A DNA stretch of 49,911 nucleotides from Armatimonadetes bacterium UBA5419 (GTDB lineage Bacteria; Armatimonadota; UBA10988): NCBI GenBank assembly GCA_002409445.1, contig DHNJ01000274.1, positions 9,758 through 59,668 of the forward strand, written 5' to 3'. Below, in pieces: positions 46,692 to 49,911 of this stretch. The notes below the pieces were generated by a model. That model saw only the letters and a program-made list of their open reading frames with translations, ran no database searches and had not been told where the DNA came from. A program made the position numbers and the translations under genes. Each line of letters begins with the position of its first letter. The stretch's first letter is position 1.

Positions 46692-48114
46692 CGACCCGCG
46701 CCGCGATGTGCTCGATGCCGCCGACCGGCTGCGCTGGGACCTGCCCCAGAACTTCCGCGACCGCTGGGTCGAGCAGACCTACGCCGAGTCCGAGCGCCTA
46801 GCCAGCGCCTACGTTCGCCAGGACCAGCCCTCCCGCCGCCTCGCCTGGGAGCGCCGGCTGGACGCCTTCCTGACCAACCGCTGGACCGGCTACCCGACGA
46901 TGGTCTTGATGCTGGCCGTCGTCCTCTGGATCACGATCAGCGGCGCGAACGTGCCGTCCGAGCTGCTCGCCACGCTGCTGGTCGACCGCGGCACCGCGCT
47001 GTGGCACAGCCTGTTCGCCGCGCTGCACGCCCCAGCCTGGCTCTCCGGCCTGCTGATCGACGGCATCTGGCTGACCACTGCCTGGGTGGTTGCGGTCATG
47101 CTGCCCCCGATGGCCATCTTCTTCCCGCTCTTCACCCTGCTGGAGGACTTCGGCTATCTGCCGCGCGTCGCCTTCAACCTGGACAGCACCTTCAAGTGGG
47201 CCGGCGCACACGGCAAGCAGGCGCTGACGATGACCATGGGCTTTGGCTGCAATGCGGCCGGCGTCGTCGCCACGCGCGTCATCGACTCCCCGCGCGAGCG
47301 CCTCATCGCCATCCTGACCAACAACTTCTCGCTCTGCAACGGCCGCTGGCCCACGCAGATTGTCCTAGCGACCATCTTCATCGGCGTCCTCGTGCCGAGC
47401 CACCTCTCGCAACTGGTCGCGACCTCGGCCGTGCTCGGCATCGCCCTGCTCGGTGTCGTCTTCATGTTTGGCTCGTCATGGCTGCTCTCGCGCACGGTGC
47501 TGCGGGGTGAAGCCTCGACCTTCTCGCTTGAGCTGCCGCCCTACCGACCACCCCGGGTTCTGCAGACCCTCTACACCTCGCTCATCGACCGCACGCTGAT
47601 CGTCCTCTGGCGCGCGATCGTCTTCGCCGCGCCCGCCGGTGCGCTGCTTTGGCTGATCACCAACATCCACGTCGGTGGCCTGTCGATCGCCGAGTACGGC
47701 ATCAACGCGCTCCAGCCGCTCGGTTGGCTGATGGGCCTCAACGGCGTTATCCTGCTGGCCTACGTCGTCGCGATCCCGGCCAACGAGATCGTCATCCCGA
47801 CGATCATCGCGCTAACCACCATGACCACCGCCGCGGCCGTTGGTGCGCCGGAGACCACTGGCGTCATCTACGAGTTTAGCGACCAGAATGTCCTCAAGTC
47901 GCTGCTCGTCGGTGCTGGCTGGACCACGCTGACCGCGGTCTGCCTCATGCTCTTCAGCCTGCTGCACAACCCCTGCTCGACGACCCTCTACACCATCTAC
48001 AAAGAGACGCACAGCGCCAAGTGGACCACGGTCGCCGCGCTGATGCCAATCGCCTTTGGGATCGTCGTCTGCAGCCTGGTCGCCCTCGTTTGGCGCGCGC
48101 TCGGCGGCAGCTAG
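46684..48114 (+). CDS. feoB: FeoB permease (gate/nucleoside-recognition membrane domains) as a separate ORF
   Basis: The ATG at 46684 (MSDDPRRDVL) overlaps the G-domain stop by 8 nt. It is polytopic, with typical FeoB blocks LLEDFGYLPRVAFNLD and GFGCNAAGV. The ORF track start (46387) lies inside the upstream gene. Confidence 0.85.
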   Translation: MSDDPRRDVLDAADRLRWDLPQNFRDRWVEQTYAESERLASAYVRQDQPSRRLAWERRLDAFLTNRWTGYPTMVLMLAVVLWITISGANVPSELLATLLVDRGTALWHSLFAALHAPAWLSGLLIDGIWLTTAWVVAVMLPPMAIFFPLFTLLEDFGYLPRVAFNLDSTFKWAGAHGKQALTMTMGFGCNAAGVVATRVIDSPRERLIAILTNNFSLCNGRWPTQIVLATIFIGVLVPSHLSQLVATSAVLGIALLGVVFMFGSSWLLSRTVLRGEASTFSLELPPYRPPRVLQTLYTSLIDRTLIVLWRAIVFAAPAGALLWLITNIHVGGLSIAEYGINALQPLGWLMGLNGVILLAYVVAIPANEIVIPTIIALTTMTTAAAVGAPETTGVIYEFSDQNVLKSLLVGAGWTTLTAVCLMLFSLLHNPCSTTLYTIYKETHSAKWTTVAALMPIAFGIVVCSLVALVWRALGGS

Positions 48115-48117
48115 GGG

Positions 48118-48885
48118 TTGGCCGTGACGACCGACCCGCCCGAAGGCCTGGCGCTGCCACCACCCGACCCGCCGCGCTGGCCGAAGGTCGTCGGTGGGCT
48201 GCTCGCGCTGGTGGTCATCGGTGCGCTGATCGCGGTCTGGGCGCTCGCGCCGCGCCGAGTCCTGCCCGAGGAGCGGCTGGCGCCGGAGGTCCTCACCCGC
48301 GTGCAGCGCGCTACCGTCGGCGTGGAGGCACGCGATGCAGGCACGCAAGGCAGCGGTTACGTGGCCGCGCAAGACCTCATCGTGACCAACGCCCACGTCA
48401 TCGCTGGTGGCCGCGATCTTTGGATCACCTTCGACTCGGGCACGAGCAGCGCCCGCACGCTCAAAGGCACCTTCGTCCGTGAAGGCCGCCCTGGCGAGCC
48501 CGACGACCTCGCGTTGATCCGCGTGCCGACAGGCCAAGCGCCGGTCCTGCCGCTCGCCGACCTGGCCCAGGTGCCGATCGGCTCGATCCTCGTCTCCTTC
48601 GGCTACCCGCTCGGCTGGGACCTGAGTTTGGATGCGCGCGGGCCGGAGATCAGTGTCCACGGCGGCCGCTTGACCGCGCTGCGCAGACTTGACGGGCGCG
48701 TGGGCTGGGTCGAGAGCGACCTGCTCGTCGAGATCGGCAACAGCGGTGGCCCCGTGGTCGATGAGACCGGTGCCGTGGTCGGCTTGGTGACGGTCATTGC
48801 CGGACCGAACCTGCGCACCGCCCTATGCGCCTCCGCCGACCAGATCCGCCACTTCGCCCCAGAGCTCAGCGGCAGTCAGCCCTAG
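48118..48885 (+). CDS. membrane-anchored trypsin-like (S1) serine protease
   Basis: TM helix VVGGLLALVVIGALIAVWAL. The catalytic triad contexts are TNAHV, DDLALIRV and GNSGGPV. TTG start at 48118, or possibly the GTG at 48124. Confidence 0.8.
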   Translation: MAVTTDPPEGLALPPPDPPRWPKVVGGLLALVVIGALIAVWALAPRRVLPEERLAPEVLTRVQRATVGVEARDAGTQGSGYVAAQDLIVTNAHVIAGGRDLWITFDSGTSSARTLKGTFVREGRPGEPDDLALIRVPTGQAPVLPLADLAQVPIGSILVSFGYPLGWDLSLDARGPEISVHGGRLTALRRLDGRVGWVESDLLVEIGNSGGPVVDETGAVVGLVTVIAGPNLRTALCASADQIRHFAPELSGSQP

Positions 48886-49911
48886 TCGCTCGCCTGGGCC
48901 TCGGCCAGCAGCCGCTCCGCCCGCGCGCGATCCTCGGGTGTCAGCCCCCGCGCGGCCAGCGCCTCGGCCCGCAGCTCGCGATCGTCACCGGCCGACGCCT
49001 CGATCTCGTCGATCGTCGCCAGGTACGCCTCCAGCAATGGCACCGCGCGGGCGCGCGCGTCCGCCGCCTCCGCCGCATCACCCGTCAGCGCGGCGAGTCG
49101 CAACAGTGCCTGGGCTTGGATCGTGTCGACCTGGAAGTCCAGCGCGCGGATCTGCAGAGCCGGTGAGGTGGCCAGGCGGTCGAGTTCGCGGTAGGCGGTG
49201 AGAGCTTCGACGGGTCGATCAGCAGCCTCCAACAGCGCCGCCAACTGGCCGCGACTCTGCAGGTTGAGCGGGCTCAGCGCCACGCCGCGGGCCGACTCGG
49301 CCACGGCTTCGTCCAGGCGTCCCCAGCGCTCTTCGGCCGCCGCCCGGCGGTAACGCAGGCGGGCGCTGAACGGCCGCAGCGCCTCGACGCGGGCGTAGTC
49401 GGCGCGCGCCGCTCGCTCCGGCCCGCGGGCTACGGCCGCCGCCGCGCGCTGCTCTAGTGCCGCCGCGTTCCCGCTCCACCAGGCTACCGCACGGTCGTAG
49501 TCGCCGGCCGCGCGCGCCACCTCGCTGACCGCGACGCAGCCTTGCACGACCAGCAGCAGCGCCCCCGCGACGAGCCAACCGTGGCTCCGACGCGGCGCTG
49601 GTGCGCTCACCGGCTCCGCCAGCGCCGCCCCGAGCACCACCAGCGACCCAGCGACCGAGGTCACCGCCCACGCCGTGTCCACAAGGCCTGCCACGGCCAC
49701 CGCCGCGCCGCTCGCCAAGCCCGCCGCCCCCAGTGCCGGCCGCCGCGCCATCTGCCGCCAGGCTGCCCGCGCCACCAAGAGGTAGAACGCTGCCAGCGCC
49801 AGCAGCCCGGCGATGCCCGTCTCGGCCCAGATGCCGAGGCAGTCGTGGTGCGCGTGCTGGGTGAAGGCGCCGCGGGCGAACGGGCCGTACGCCAGCGTCC
49901 ACCCGCCTAGC
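48882..49911 (-). CDS. O-antigen ligase (Wzy_C)-like membrane protein, C-terminal part with a helical-repeat (TPR-like) extension; gene continues past the right edge
   Basis: The ORF track begins at an internal Met (49778). The same frame stays open to the window edge and reads ..GGWTLAYGPFARGAFTQHAHHDCLGIWAETGIAGLLALAAFYLL, which matches the Wzy_C signature H-x-H-N/D-x-x-L-x4-E-x-G. More TM segments follow, then an Ala/Arg/Glu-rich helical region. Confidence 0.6.
   Translation of the reverse strand, partial: LGGWTLAYGPFARGAFTQHAHHDCLGIWAETGIAGLLALAAFYLLVARAAWRQMARRPALGAAGLASGAAVAVAGLVDTAWAVTSVAGSLVVLGAALAEPVSAPAPRRSHGWLVAGALLLVVQGCVAVSEVARAAGDYDRAVAWWSGNAAALEQRAAAAVARGPERAARADYARVEALRPFSARLRYRRAAAEERWGRLDEAVAESARGVALSPLNLQSRGQLAALLEAADRPVEALTAYRELDRLATSPALQIRALDFQVDTIQAQALLRLAALTGDAAEAADARARAVPLLEAYLATIDEIEASAGDDRELRAEALAARGLTPEDRARAERLLAEAQASD

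Overview
This is a 49.9-kb, visibly very GC-rich bacterial chromosomal window (G+C not computed). It is densely packed. I call 43 protein-coding genes, two of which run off the window edges. I found no rRNA, tRNA, CRISPR array, transposase or integrase. Many neighbouring genes overlap by 1-8 nt (ATGA/TGATG type), so most are in tightly coupled operons.

Housekeeping content:
- sucB (partial) and sucA, glyQS, birA, a gmhA-like SIS gene, two tandem Cof-type HAD phosphatases, gltX, argG, gdhA, ribF, a CbiX-type chelatase, tatA, and a TPP-dependent E1-alpha.

Accessory content worth attention:
1. 18135-22105 (minus strand): a four-gene, translationally coupled multiheme cytochrome module. It carries 11 + 6(+1 atypical) + 18 CxxCH motifs plus an FdnI-type cytochrome b-like membrane subunit. 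No catalytic subunit and no porin gene are present in the cluster.
2. 22221-24670: a tandem pair of NirJ/AhbC/AhbD-family radical SAM/SPASM genes, transcribed divergently from that module.
3. 26613-27874: a textbook promoter carrying a perfect 14-bp Cheo/LexA-like palindrome, in front of a lone, apparently catalytically dead Y-family polymerase homolog.
4. An isolated hydrogenase maturation trio (endopeptidase-hypA-hypB) with no hydrogenase genes nearby.
5. A cluster of large secreted proteins and lipoproteins, followed by two unusually long OstA/LptC-like proteins.
6. A feo locus with a DtxR-like/2xFeoA fusion and a FeoB split into separate GTPase and permease genes.

All functional calls come from reading the translated ORFs by eye. 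No database search was run.
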